DNA of 64,000 nucleotides from Oscillospiraceae bacterium. GTDB taxonomy: Bacteria > Bacillota > Clostridia > Oscillospirales > Butyricicoccaceae. The stretch lies in assembly GCA_045636925.1 (NCBI GenBank), contig JAZTYK010000002.1:61170-125169 (forward strand). The letters are read 5' to 3'. The position numbers were made by a program, and so were the translations under genes. Within the stretch, counting starts at the first letter, position 1. Each line of letters begins with the position of its first letter. Positions 22,022 through 30,470 of this stretch are shown piece after piece. A model generated the notes under the pieces. It saw nothing but the letters and a program-made list of their open reading frames with translations. It did not search any database and was not told the DNA's origin.

Positions 22022-22506
22022 GCACTTTTGCACAAATTTTTCGCGATTTTTTTGTGCAAAACGTAGAAAAAACTGCCGTTTCCGGCATATTGTGCCAAGC
22101 TTTTTTCTCCGCACAAGATATTGGGTTTTGCGGAAACGTCATGCGTAGGGAAGGCCTGACAACCGCAGCCGCTCCGGCAGCAGTTTTTGCGCGCGGTTTT
22201 ACACCTTATTTATTAATATATACGCGTACGCGCGAAAAGCCGGGGTGATTTGTGGGTAAAAAGCACGTCCAAAGGCAGTTTTCCGGCCGGAACAGCAGGG
22301 CTCAGATCTTTGGCCTTCGTCCGCCGGCTGCCATCAACAGGAGAAACACAAAATATTTTCCACTTTTTTACACAAAATCCGCTGCACCTGTGCATGACCC
22401 GTCGCACATTCCGCCACAGACCGTCCGCCACGCACCCACGTGTGTCTCGCAGGTGCCGGCTTTTTTGAATTTTTTATGTTTTTTATATATTTTCCCAAAC
22501 AGATGT

Positions 22507-22535
22507 TTGCTTTTTTGATTTTGGTATGCTATACT
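22507..22535 (+). promoter_or_regulatory. lexA promoter
   Basis: TTGCTT-17 nt-TATACT, with TG two nt upstream of the -10 (TGcTATACT). Confidence 0.55.
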
Positions 22536-22546
22536 GAAGATAACAT

Positions 22547-22560
22547 CGAACCTTTGTGCG
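22547..22560 (+). promoter_or_regulatory. Candidate LexA operator (Firmicutes SOS/Cheo box)
   Basis: CGAACCTTTGTGCG versus consensus CGAAC-N4-GTTCG (one mismatch). It lies between the -10 and the lexA RBS. Confidence 0.55.
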
Positions 22561-22580
22561 AAACAGGAAGGAGCAACGCC

Positions 22581-23171
22581 ATGAAGAAACTGACGCCCAT
22601 GCGGCAGAAGATCCTGGAGTTCGTATCTGCATTCAGCCGTGATAACGGTTATCCCCCCACGGTGCGGGAGATTTGCGAAGGCGTAGGCCTGCGCTCGCCC
22701 TCCACCGTCCATTCTCATCTGAAGATCCTGCAGGAAGGCGGCTTTTTGGAGAAGGGCGGACGCAAGAACCGTTCCCTCAGCATTTGCGGCGAGGAAACCC
22801 CCAACTTCCGCAGCGTGCCCCTGTTGGGCACCGTCACCGCCGGTGTGCCAATCCTGGCGCAGGAAGACCGGATGGGCACCGTGCCCTATGACGGCAACGC
22901 CTCCGGCGAGCTGTTTGCCCTGAAGGTCCGTGGCGACTCCATGATCGAGGCCGCCATTCTGGACGGCGATACGGTGATCGTCCGCCGGCAGAACACCGCC
23001 ATTCACGGACAGATCGTGGTGGCTATGCTGGAAGATGAGGCCACCGTCAAGCGGCTGCACATTGCCGCTGACGGCGTTTGGCTGATGCCGGAAAACCCCA
23101 ACTACGCGCCCATTGACGGTCGGGAATGCACCATTCTCGGTCTGGTCGTGGGCTTATATCGCAGCCTGTGA
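22581..23171 (+). CDS. lexA: SOS repressor LexA
   Basis: MKKLTPMRQKILEFV...GYPPTVREI wHTH domain, plus an S24 peptidase domain (VRGDSM, catalytic Ser; AMLEDEATVKRL, Lys). AGGAAGGAG RBS. Confidence 0.95.
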   Translation: MKKLTPMRQKILEFVSAFSRDNGYPPTVREICEGVGLRSPSTVHSHLKILQEGGFLEKGGRKNRSLSICGEETPNFRSVPLLGTVTAGVPILAQEDRMGTVPYDGNASGELFALKVRGDSMIEAAILDGDTVIVRRQNTAIHGQIVVAMLEDEATVKRLHIAADGVWLMPENPNYAPIDGRECTILGLVVGLYRSL

Positions 23172-25237
23172 ACCGGCAGGCTGGGCATACTGTTCCTCAA
23201 GGGCTGCTGCGGCAGCCCTTAACTGCTTTGCCCAAACTGGGTCCCAAGCGCGCCCAGCAGCTGGAGAAGCTGGGACTGTGCACCATTGGCGACTTGCTGA
23301 CCCTGTTCCCCCGGGACTATGAGGATCGCCGCACCCTGCGCGCCATCCGTGACCTGCAGGAGGGCGAGACCGTCTGCGTCCGGGGCATCATCGGCAACGC
23401 GCCTACCCACACCCGATTGCCGGGCGGGCGGGATATGTGCCGCTTCCGGGTCTTTGACGCCACCGGACAGATGAACGTCACCTATTTCCATGCACCCTAT
23501 CTGCGGCTGGAAAAAGGGGAAGAGTATATCTTCTTTGGCAAGGTGGAAAAGCAGGGCAGCCGCGCCGGCATGATCAATCCTGTGCGGGAAGAAGCCGATG
23601 CTATGGACAAACCGGGTCGGCTGCTGCCGGTATATCCCGCCACCGCCGGCATTACCCAGGCCATGCTGCGCACATGGGTGCAGGCAGCTCTGGATCTGGC
23701 AGACGGGAACTTCCCCGAGCCGCTGCCGGAAGCACTGCTGCAGCGCTATGCCCTTTGCGGCGCTGCCGAGGCCTTTGAAAAGATCCATCGGCCGGAAACG
23801 CCGGAGGATGTGCTTCAGGCGCGCCGCCGCTTGATTTTTGAAGAATTGCTGGTGCTCTCCTGCGGTCTGCAGCAGCGAAAGCTGTCTTTGCGCGCGCCGG
23901 CAGCGCGACCCATGCAGCATAGATCCCCGGAGGCGTTTTTTGCCAGCCTGCCCTTCGCGCCCACCGGCGCCCAGCGGCGGGCGGTAGAGGATATTTTTAC
24001 TGACCTGTGCGGCGGTACGCGTATGAATCGCCTGCTGCAGGGCGATGTGGGCAGCGGTAAAACATTGGTCGCAGCCGCCGCTGCATGGCTGACCGCAAAA
24101 AACGGGCGACAGACCGCCATTATGGCACCCACCGAGCTGTTGGCCAGACAGCACCGCGCCACGCTGGAGCGATTGTTCGCGCCCTTCGGCCTGCGGGTAG
24201 AACTGCTGGTATCCGCCATGACTGCTGCTGAAAAGCGGCGGGTGAAGGAAGCTGTGGCTGCCGGCGAGATCCATGTGCTGTGCGGCACCCACGCGCTGAT
24301 CCAAAGCGACGTGGCCTTTGCCGATGCCGGACTCTTTGTGGTAGACGAGCAGCACCGGTTTGGCGTGGAGCAGCGGGCTACCTTGGGCCAAAAGGGGAAT
24401 GATGCCCATCTTTTGGTCATGAGCGCCACACCCATTCCCCGCACCCTGTCACTGGTGCTCTATGGCGACCTGGACATTTCCCGCTTAAATGAACTGCCCC
24501 CCGGGCGCACACCCATCCGCACCATGGTAGCAGGCGAGGAAAAGCGCAGCGGTATGCTGGGCTTTTTACAGAAAAACGTGGATGAGGGCGGCCAGGTATA
24601 CGTGGTCTGTCCTTTAATCGAAGAAAATGAAGACGGCGGCAAGCAGGCCGCCACCGCATACACCCAAAAGCTGCAGCGGGCACTGCCTCGCTGCCGGATC
24701 GGACTGATGCACGGCAAGCTGAAGGCGGCAGAAAAAACCGCCGTCATGGAGCACTTCGCCGCAGGCGATCTGGATATTCTGGTATCCACCACCGTGGTGG
24801 AGGTTGGCGTAGACGTACCCAACGCCAGCGTAATGGTCATTGAAAACGCCGAGCAATTCGGCCTGTCCCAGCTGCATCAGCTGCGGGGCCGCGTTGGCCG
24901 CGGCAGCCGCCAAAGCTGGTGCGTCCTGATGCGTGGCGGTGGCGGTCAGGTGGCCAAAGAGCGGCTGGAGATCCTGTGCCGCACCACCGACGGCTTTGTC
25001 ATCGCCGAAGAAGACCTGAAACTGCGTGGCCCCGGCGGCTTCTTATCCCGCCAGCAGCACGGCATCGTGCGCTTTGCCGTGGCGGATCTGGCAAAAGACG
25101 CCGCCGTGTTCGGCGCCGCCCGGGAATCGGCAGAATGGCTGCTTGCGCAAGATCCCACACTGGCCCAGCACCCGCTGCTCCAGCAGAGCATAGACCGGCT
25201 GCTGGAGCGCACCGCTGTAGCCGGCGCGCTGAATTAA
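23126..25237 (+). CDS. recG: ATP-dependent DNA helicase RecG
   Basis: LPKLGPKRAQQLEKLG wedge-domain start, GDVGSGKT Walker A, DEQHRFG motif II. The true start is uncertain. It is either the ATG at 23126 (46-nt overlap with lexA) or the GTG at 23168 overlapping the lexA stop. Confidence 0.9.
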   Translation: MHHSRSGRGLISQPVNRQAGHTVPQGLLRQPLTALPKLGPKRAQQLEKLGLCTIGDLLTLFPRDYEDRRTLRAIRDLQEGETVCVRGIIGNAPTHTRLPGGRDMCRFRVFDATGQMNVTYFHAPYLRLEKGEEYIFFGKVEKQGSRAGMINPVREEADAMDKPGRLLPVYPATAGITQAMLRTWVQAALDLADGNFPEPLPEALLQRYALCGAAEAFEKIHRPETPEDVLQARRRLIFEELLVLSCGLQQRKLSLRAPAARPMQHRSPEAFFASLPFAPTGAQRRAVEDIFTDLCGGTRMNRLLQGDVGSGKTLVAAAAAWLTAKNGRQTAIMAPTELLARQHRATLERLFAPFGLRVELLVSAMTAAEKRRVKEAVAAGEIHVLCGTHALIQSDVAFADAGLFVVDEQHRFGVEQRATLGQKGNDAHLLVMSATPIPRTLSLVLYGDLDISRLNELPPGRTPIRTMVAGEEKRSGMLGFLQKNVDEGGQVYVVCPLIEENEDGGKQAATAYTQKLQRALPRCRIGLMHGKLKAAEKTAVMEHFAAGDLDILVSTTVVEVGVDVPNASVMVIENAEQFGLSQLHQLRGRVGRGSRQSWCVLMRGGGGQVAKERLEILCRTTDGFVIAEEDLKLRGPGGFLSRQQHGIVRFAVADLAKDAAVFGAARESAEWLLAQDPTLAQHPLLQQSIDRLLERTAVAGALN

Positions 25238-25252
25238 GACAAGGAGGTTCCT

Positions 25253-25783
25253 ATGCCCCGATTGGATCCCACCTTTTTTCACCGGGACTGTCTGGACGTG
25301 GCCCCACAGCTGGTGGGCAAGATCCTTTGCCACCGATTGCCCGACGGTCGCCTGCTGCGGCTGCGCATCAGCGAGACCGAGGCATATCGGGGCGAAGAAG
25401 ACACTGCCTGCCATGCACACAAAGGCCGCACCCCTCGCACCAAGGTGCTGTACGGCCCGCCGGGGGTGCTGTATATTTATCTGTGCTACGGTATGCACAA
25501 CCTGCTGAACGTGGTAACGGGCGCAGATGGCGTGCCCCAGGGCGTGCTGATCCGGGCATGTGTGCACGCTCCCGGCCCAGGCATGCTGACCAAGCGCCTG
25601 CAGCTGGACCGCACCCTGCACGGAACGCCCCTTACAGCATGCAGTGATCTTTTCTGGCTGGAAGACGACGGGCTGCGCCCCCACATTGTCACCAAGCCCC
25701 GGGTGGGTATTGGCTATGCCAGCGCCGAGGACCAGGCGCGGCTCTGGCGCTTTTGCGGAGAAGATCTGCCCGGCGCAGAATAA
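25253..25783 (+). CDS. mpg: DNA-3-methyladenine glycosylase (Mpg/AAG family)
   Basis: FFHRDCLDVAPQLVGK...ISETEAYRGEEDTACHA is characteristic of the Mpg family. Confidence 0.88.
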   Translation: MPRLDPTFFHRDCLDVAPQLVGKILCHRLPDGRLLRLRISETEAYRGEEDTACHAHKGRTPRTKVLYGPPGVLYIYLCYGMHNLLNVVTGADGVPQGVLIRACVHAPGPGMLTKRLQLDRTLHGTPLTACSDLFWLEDDGLRPHIVTKPRVGIGYASAEDQARLWRFCGEDLPGAE

Positions 25784-25800
25784 ACCCAAGACAAACAGAA

Positions 25801-25829
25801 AGACCCAAAGGGCATTGCCCTTTGGGTCT
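25801..25829. terminator. Bidirectional intrinsic terminator
   Basis: AGACCCAAAGGGC-ATT-GCCCTTTGGGTCT, a 13-bp perfect stem with T-rich sequence on both sides. Confidence 0.8.
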
Positions 25830-25845
25830 TTGATTGTTTTTAAGA

Positions 25846-26523
25846 TCAGGGATTCACGCCGCCGGCAACACCGGACAGGTCACCGGGAAGGTCGGACATG
25901 TCGCCCTCTTTCAGCGAGTCCAGCAGGTCGCCCAGTGCGCCCAGGTCACCCAGCTCACCGTCTACCGCTTTCTGGATCAGCTCGTCATACTCGCCGTTTG
26001 CGAAGTTTTCAGCCACATCCGTAAAGCCGCCGCTCTGGAACTGATCGACCACAGCCATAATGCCGCCGTCGCGCAGGTCATCCATCAGACCGCTGAGCTC
26101 GGGATGCTCGCCAAACTCACCGTCTTCGATGCGCTGGATCACATGGTCATATTTGCCATCCTTCAGTTCGTCCAGTACGTCCTTAACGGCGCCGATGTCG
26201 CCCATTTCACCGCCCAGCGCCTCAAAGGCCATCTGCTGGATGAAGTGTTCTGCCACTTTTACCGCCACAAAACCAATGACGCAGGTGATGACCAGGCTGA
26301 TGATCAGGCCAATGAGGGTGGCGCGGGCAAAATTACGCTTGTTGACATTTTTCTGTGTGAACGAAAACACCAGGCACAAGATCCAGCCGATGACAGGGAT
26401 GCCATACAGCACCTTATAGCCGAAAAATGCGGCAGTGGATACGGGGGCCACACGGGCAGCATCCTGCTCGGGTGCGGGGGCACAGGTCACGGGTTCTTCG
26501 GTATATACGGTCTGCTCGTCCAT
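25846..26523 (-). CDS. Hypothetical membrane protein with an acidic repeat-rich C-terminal domain
   Basis: Two TM helices, then repeated DGE(F/Y/L)G..(L) acidic segments. No family recognised. Confidence 0.6.
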   Translation of the reverse strand: MDEQTVYTEEPVTCAPAPEQDAARVAPVSTAAFFGYKVLYGIPVIGWILCLVFSFTQKNVNKRNFARATLIGLIISLVITCVIGFVAVKVAEHFIQQMAFEALGGEMGDIGAVKDVLDELKDGKYDHVIQRIEDGEFGEHPELSGLMDDLRDGGIMAVVDQFQSGGFTDVAENFANGEYDELIQKAVDGELGDLGALGDLLDSLKEGDMSDLPGDLSGVAGGVNP

Positions 26524-26586
26524 AATAATGCTCCTTTTGCCGCAAAGCGGCGAAAACAGTGATTTTTTTGTTAACAGGTTAGCTTT

Positions 26587-26615
26587 ATCTTACGCTTTCT
26601 GTCAATGTTTGTCAA
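26587..26615 (-). promoter_or_regulatory. Sigma-70-type promoter for the 25846..26523 gene
   Basis: Minus strand TTGACA-17 nt-TAAGAT. Confidence 0.5.
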
Positions 26616-26624
26616 GATTTGGCA

Positions 26625-26656
26625 TAGAAAAGCCGCAGGGATAATCCCTGCGGCTT
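26625..26656 (-). terminator. Intrinsic terminator after the MORN-repeat gene
   Basis: AGCCGCAGGG-AUUAU-CCCUGCGGCU followed by UUUCU on the minus strand. Confidence 0.75.
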
Positions 26657-26670
26657 TTGCTGTATGTAAT

Positions 26671-28704
26671 TTAGTTTACGCGCACATTGTTTTTCCACGG
26701 GCCGGTGTACACCGAGCCGTTGGCATAGTAATACGTTCCCTGGCCGTGACGGAGGTTGTTCACCCACTCGCCTTCGTATCGGGCGCCGTCGGCATAGATC
26801 ATGGTTCCGACGCCTTCACGCACGCCGTTTACCCATTGTCCCGTATATTTTGCCCCGTCTTTATAGACATGGGTGCCGGTACCGTGGAACTTGCCGTCTT
26901 TAAAGCCGCCTTCGTACCAGGTGCCGTTGGCATAGGTGAACTTGCCCTGGCCGGTGCGCTGGTTTTCTTTCCACGCGCCCACATATTTGGCGCCATCCGT
27001 CCAGACATAGGTGCCGGTGCCGTGGAACTTGCCGTTTACGAAATCGCCTTCGTACCAGGCGCCGCTGGCGTAGGTGTACTTGCCTTTGCCGGTGCGCTGG
27101 CCGTCCTTCCACTGGCCCACGTACTTATTTCCACCGGTCCAGGTCATCGTGCCCTGGCCGTTCATTTTGTCATTTTTCCATGCGCCGTCATAGACGGTAC
27201 CTTCGGCATAGATGAGCTTGCCCTGGCCGCTGCGCTTGTCTTCTACCCAGTTGCCGATATATTTATTGCCGTTTGCCCAGGTATAAGTGCCTTGACCGTG
27301 AAGCTGGCTCTGTTTCCACTGACCGTCATAGGTGGCACCGCTGGCATAGGTGATCTTACCCTTGCCGTCAAGCTGACCCATCTTCCAGTTGCCCACGTAC
27401 TTGCGGCCGTCGTCCCAAATCATGGTGCCTTGGCCGTTGGGCGTACCGCGCTCTAAGTATCCGGTAAAGACCGATGTGCCCATGTCCCAGTTTTCCACAT
27501 AACCGGTGTAGACTTCTTTTTCGTGGGCATCTTTCATGTATTGCTGGGTGATCCAGTTTGTCTGTTCCAAAAAGGCGTTTGCCTCTGTGGACAGTTTATC
27601 CGTCCAGCCGATGAGATAGGCCGTCAGGGGATCGGTCTTTTGATCCGTCCCCGCCATCATGGGGCTGTTGGGGAAATATTTCTTGGCCAGGGTTTCCACC
27701 TCGTCCGGATAGTAAAAATCTTGCGCGCCGAACAAGTGATACAGCTCGTGCCGATAGGTGGAGGAGCCGTCTTCTTTGTTATAGAACACGGCATATTCGG
27801 TGACATAGACGTTGGTCTGTCTGGGCACCGCAAAGGCGCGGCCGGGGAGATCCAGATAAAACAGGATCGGCGCCTCTTTTACATCCCGGGAGCGTTCCAG
27901 GTCCCGGCTGGCATACTGAGTAAGCCCTGCGCCGGTCAGCGCATCCTGATACCACTTGGTATGGGTCTCCTTGGCCAGATCCTGGGTCACGGTGGAGGTC
28001 TTGTATTCCAGGATCAGCTCCAGCTCCACACCCCAGCTTTTGGCCTCGGCAAGGATCTCTTTGGTCATCTTTGCATGTCCAGCCTTGACGGCATCCATCT
28101 CGGCCTTGGTCCAGCTGGTGTTCTTATCGCTGACAAAGATGGTGGTGACCAGCACCTTACCGGTCAGGGTGGCGCTGATGCCCCTGTCGCGGGCGTCTAC
28201 AAAGACGTTGTTCACCATAGATGCCGGCAGGTTGGGCAAACTGCCCTTTCCGATGGTCTCTCCCGTATCGGTAGTGCCACCGCCGGAGCTTCCGTTATTG
28301 CCGCTGTTTCCGGATTGATTGCCGGACTGATTGCCGCTGTTGCCGGACTGGTTGCCGCTGTTTCCGGATTGGTTGCCACTGTTGCCGGACTGGTTGCCGG
28401 ATTGATTGCCGGACTGATTGCCGGACTGGTTGCCGGAACTGCCACTGCCGCCGGAGTTTCCGGTGTTGCCGACGCTGTTTCCGGTGCCACTGCCGCCGGA
28501 GTTACCGGTCTGGTTGTCACCGCTTCCACTGCCGTTGCCGGTACCGGAGGGACTTTGTTCCTCTGTCCGCGGGGGATCGGGATTTAGTACATTCATAATC
28601 GTATTGTAGATCATCGCGTCGCTGATGCTCTCAAAGGCAAACACCAACAGGATCACGATGATAATGGTTTTCAGCTTTGAGCCTTTTCTCTTGGGATTTG
28701 CCAT
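26671..28704 (-). CDS. Membrane-anchored protein with a low-complexity G/N/Q/S linker, a putative HExxH metallopeptidase-like domain and C-terminal MORN repeats
   Basis: The start MANPKRKGSKLK at 28704 follows GGAGGA. One N-terminal TM helix. An HELYH motif. About 12 YxGxWxxxxxxGxG MORN units in the C-terminal half. Confidence 0.8.
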   Translation of the reverse strand: MANPKRKGSKLKTIIIVILLVFAFESISDAMIYNTIMNVLNPDPPRTEEQSPSGTGNGSGSGDNQTGNSGGSGTGNSVGNTGNSGGSGSSGNQSGNQSGNQSGNQSGNSGNQSGNSGNQSGNSGNQSGNQSGNSGNNGSSGGGTTDTGETIGKGSLPNLPASMVNNVFVDARDRGISATLTGKVLVTTIFVSDKNTSWTKAEMDAVKAGHAKMTKEILAEAKSWGVELELILEYKTSTVTQDLAKETHTKWYQDALTGAGLTQYASRDLERSRDVKEAPILFYLDLPGRAFAVPRQTNVYVTEYAVFYNKEDGSSTYRHELYHLFGAQDFYYPDEVETLAKKYFPNSPMMAGTDQKTDPLTAYLIGWTDKLSTEANAFLEQTNWITQQYMKDAHEKEVYTGYVENWDMGTSVFTGYLERGTPNGQGTMIWDDGRKYVGNWKMGQLDGKGKITYASGATYDGQWKQSQLHGQGTYTWANGNKYIGNWVEDKRSGQGKLIYAEGTVYDGAWKNDKMNGQGTMTWTGGNKYVGQWKDGQRTGKGKYTYASGAWYEGDFVNGKFHGTGTYVWTDGAKYVGAWKENQRTGQGKFTYANGTWYEGGFKDGKFHGTGTHVYKDGAKYTGQWVNGVREGVGTMIYADGARYEGEWVNNLRHGQGTYYYANGSVYTGPWKNNVRVN
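28296..28440. repeat. Imperfect in-frame tandem repeat (9/12-nt units, ttgccggactg-like) encoding (GNQS/GNS)n
   Basis: Read directly from the sequence. About 12 successive units inside the MORN-protein gene. Confidence 0.85.
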
Positions 28705-28732
28705 GCGCCGCTCCTCCTTATGCGTTCTCTCT

Positions 28733-30058
28733 TTATGCAAGCTCCTTGCCCTGCACCCGGGACAGGAACACCAGTGCGAGGCCCAGACAAAGCGCCTCGC
28801 TGATCAGGGGTGCGTACCAGATGGCACTGCCGCCCTGCACCCAAGCCAGCAGCAGCAGGCAGACACTCTGCACCACAAAGCCGCGACCCAGGGAAACGAT
28901 GATCGCCTGGGTGGGGCGCTCCAGGGCGATCAGATAGCCCGAGATCACCACGTTAAAGCCCATCAGCAGGAAGCAGGGGATATAACTGCGGAAGGAAGAC
29001 ACCGCAAAGGCAAAGGTTTCGGGGGATACATCATACAAAAACAGTCCCACCAGCGGCTTTGCCAAGGCAAACAGCAGGGCAAAGATGGCTGCCGCCATGC
29101 CGGCAGTGGTAATAAGGCTGTACCGCAGCAGGGTGCGGCACTTGTCGCCGTTGCCCTTGCCCCGATGGTAGCTCACCAGAGGCTGCGCGCCCTGGCTGAT
29201 GCCTACCATGGTCATCACCACCAGGGTGTTGACATAGCCGATGATGGTATAGCTGACGATGCCGTCATTGCCCATCAGGGCCAGTACCACACGATTGAAA
29301 ACAAACAGCATCAGACCGGTGCACAGTTCGGTGCTTCCGTCGGGGATGCCCAGAGGCAACAGACGGCGGTAGATACCGGCGTCAAAACGGAACTTGGTGA
29401 TGCGGAAGGTGGACTTTTTGCCCAGGAAATGGGCGAAATAAATCACGCAGGTCAGCAGCTGGCTGGTACCGGTGGCAATGGCGGCGCCGCGCACGCCCCA
29501 ACCCCACAGGAAGATGAAGATATAGTCCATCACGCAGTGCGCCAGACAGCCGGTGGTCACCGAAATGGTGGCCAGACGGGGATAGCCATCGGTCTTGACC
29601 AGCACTTCCAGGTTGTAGGAAATGATAAAGAACATGCCAAAGGGCATCAGACCGGTCAGGTATTGCTTCACATACTCCAGCGTACCTTCACCACCGCCCA
29701 GCAGCCTGGCAAAGGGGGTGAGAAATGCCAGCACCAGCACAGAGATACCGGCGCCGATAAGGGTAAGCACCACCAGATTCTGGCTGAACAAGCCGCTGGC
29801 AGAGTCTTTATCGCCCTGACCCAGCCGGTTTGCGATGATGGTGGACGTGCCCACCGCAAAGATCACCGCAATGGAAAAGAGAAAGTTGGTTATCGGCAGA
29901 CACAGATTTACCGCCGACATGGCCAGTTCGCTGACGCCCTTTGCCACGAAAATACCGTCCACCATACTGTACAGGGAAAACACCAGCAGCGACAGGATGG
30001 TTGGCACAACAAAGCGGGTGAAATCTCGCTTTAAGGAATTGCTTTCCAAAGAGGACAT
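28733..30058 (-). CDS. MATE-family efflux transporter
   Basis: The start MSSLESNSLKRDFTRFVVPTIL at 30058 follows AAAGGA, giving a 441-aa 12-TM protein typical of MATE. The 659-aa ORF-track version runs through the gene's own promoter. Confidence 0.88.
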   Translation of the reverse strand: MSSLESNSLKRDFTRFVVPTILSLLVFSLYSMVDGIFVAKGVSELAMSAVNLCLPITNFLFSIAVIFAVGTSTIIANRLGQGDKDSASGLFSQNLVVLTLIGAGISVLVLAFLTPFARLLGGGEGTLEYVKQYLTGLMPFGMFFIISYNLEVLVKTDGYPRLATISVTTGCLAHCVMDYIFIFLWGWGVRGAAIATGTSQLLTCVIYFAHFLGKKSTFRITKFRFDAGIYRRLLPLGIPDGSTELCTGLMLFVFNRVVLALMGNDGIVSYTIIGYVNTLVVMTMVGISQGAQPLVSYHRGKGNGDKCRTLLRYSLITTAGMAAAIFALLFALAKPLVGLFLYDVSPETFAFAVSSFRSYIPCFLLMGFNVVISGYLIALERPTQAIIVSLGRGFVVQSVCLLLLAWVQGGSAIWYAPLISEALCLGLALVFLSRVQGKELA

Positions 30059-30121
30059 GTTATCAAGATCCTTTCTGCCCCCGGGCAGCCTCTTTCTACC
30101 CGGGACAAATAATATGGTACT

Positions 30122-30150
30122 ATTATAGCGAAATCTCCCGCCGCTGTCAA
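30122..30150 (-). promoter_or_regulatory. Consensus sigma-70 promoter of the MATE gene
   Basis: Minus strand TTGACA-17 nt-TATAAT exactly. Confidence 0.7.
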
Positions 30151-30337
30151 AGCATAATAGAGGGAGGAAACCCGATGACCGCAGAGGAAGCGTGCGGAGT
30201 TTGAAGACCCTTGCGGGAAAGAAAGACTTTTCCCCGAATTTTCTGTAAAAGCCCGTAAATTTCCATTCTCCCGGTAAAAAGCCTGTCCTTACCGGGTGCC
30301 AAAGGCTCTTCCCCCGGTCTTTCCCGGGTTTCCGCCG

Positions 30338-30372
30338 ATCAATCGGTAATTTCGATTGATTTTTTTGTTTTT
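30338..30372 (+). terminator. Orphan plus-strand terminator-like hairpin in the MATE/dehydrogenase intergenic region
   Basis: ATCAATCG-GTAATTT-CGATTGAT followed by TTTTTTGTTTTTT. There is no annotated plus-strand gene upstream. Confidence 0.4.
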
Positions 30373-30470
30373 TCTTAACAAAAGCGGTTTTCTTGTGGAG
30401 AAAAATCTTGTATAATATAAGGTGCAAATTTGCGTGTATTTGTATGCGAACGGAAAAAGGAGGCCAAGGA

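Noticed and set aside
22022-22506. Roughly 480-bp AT-rich gap between the S10 promoter and lexA, searched for a small gene or known RNA
   Set aside because: It contains only short ORFs (77 aa or less) with no RBS and odd composition. I recognised no RNA family by eye. I leave it as non-coding, apart from the dyad reported separately.
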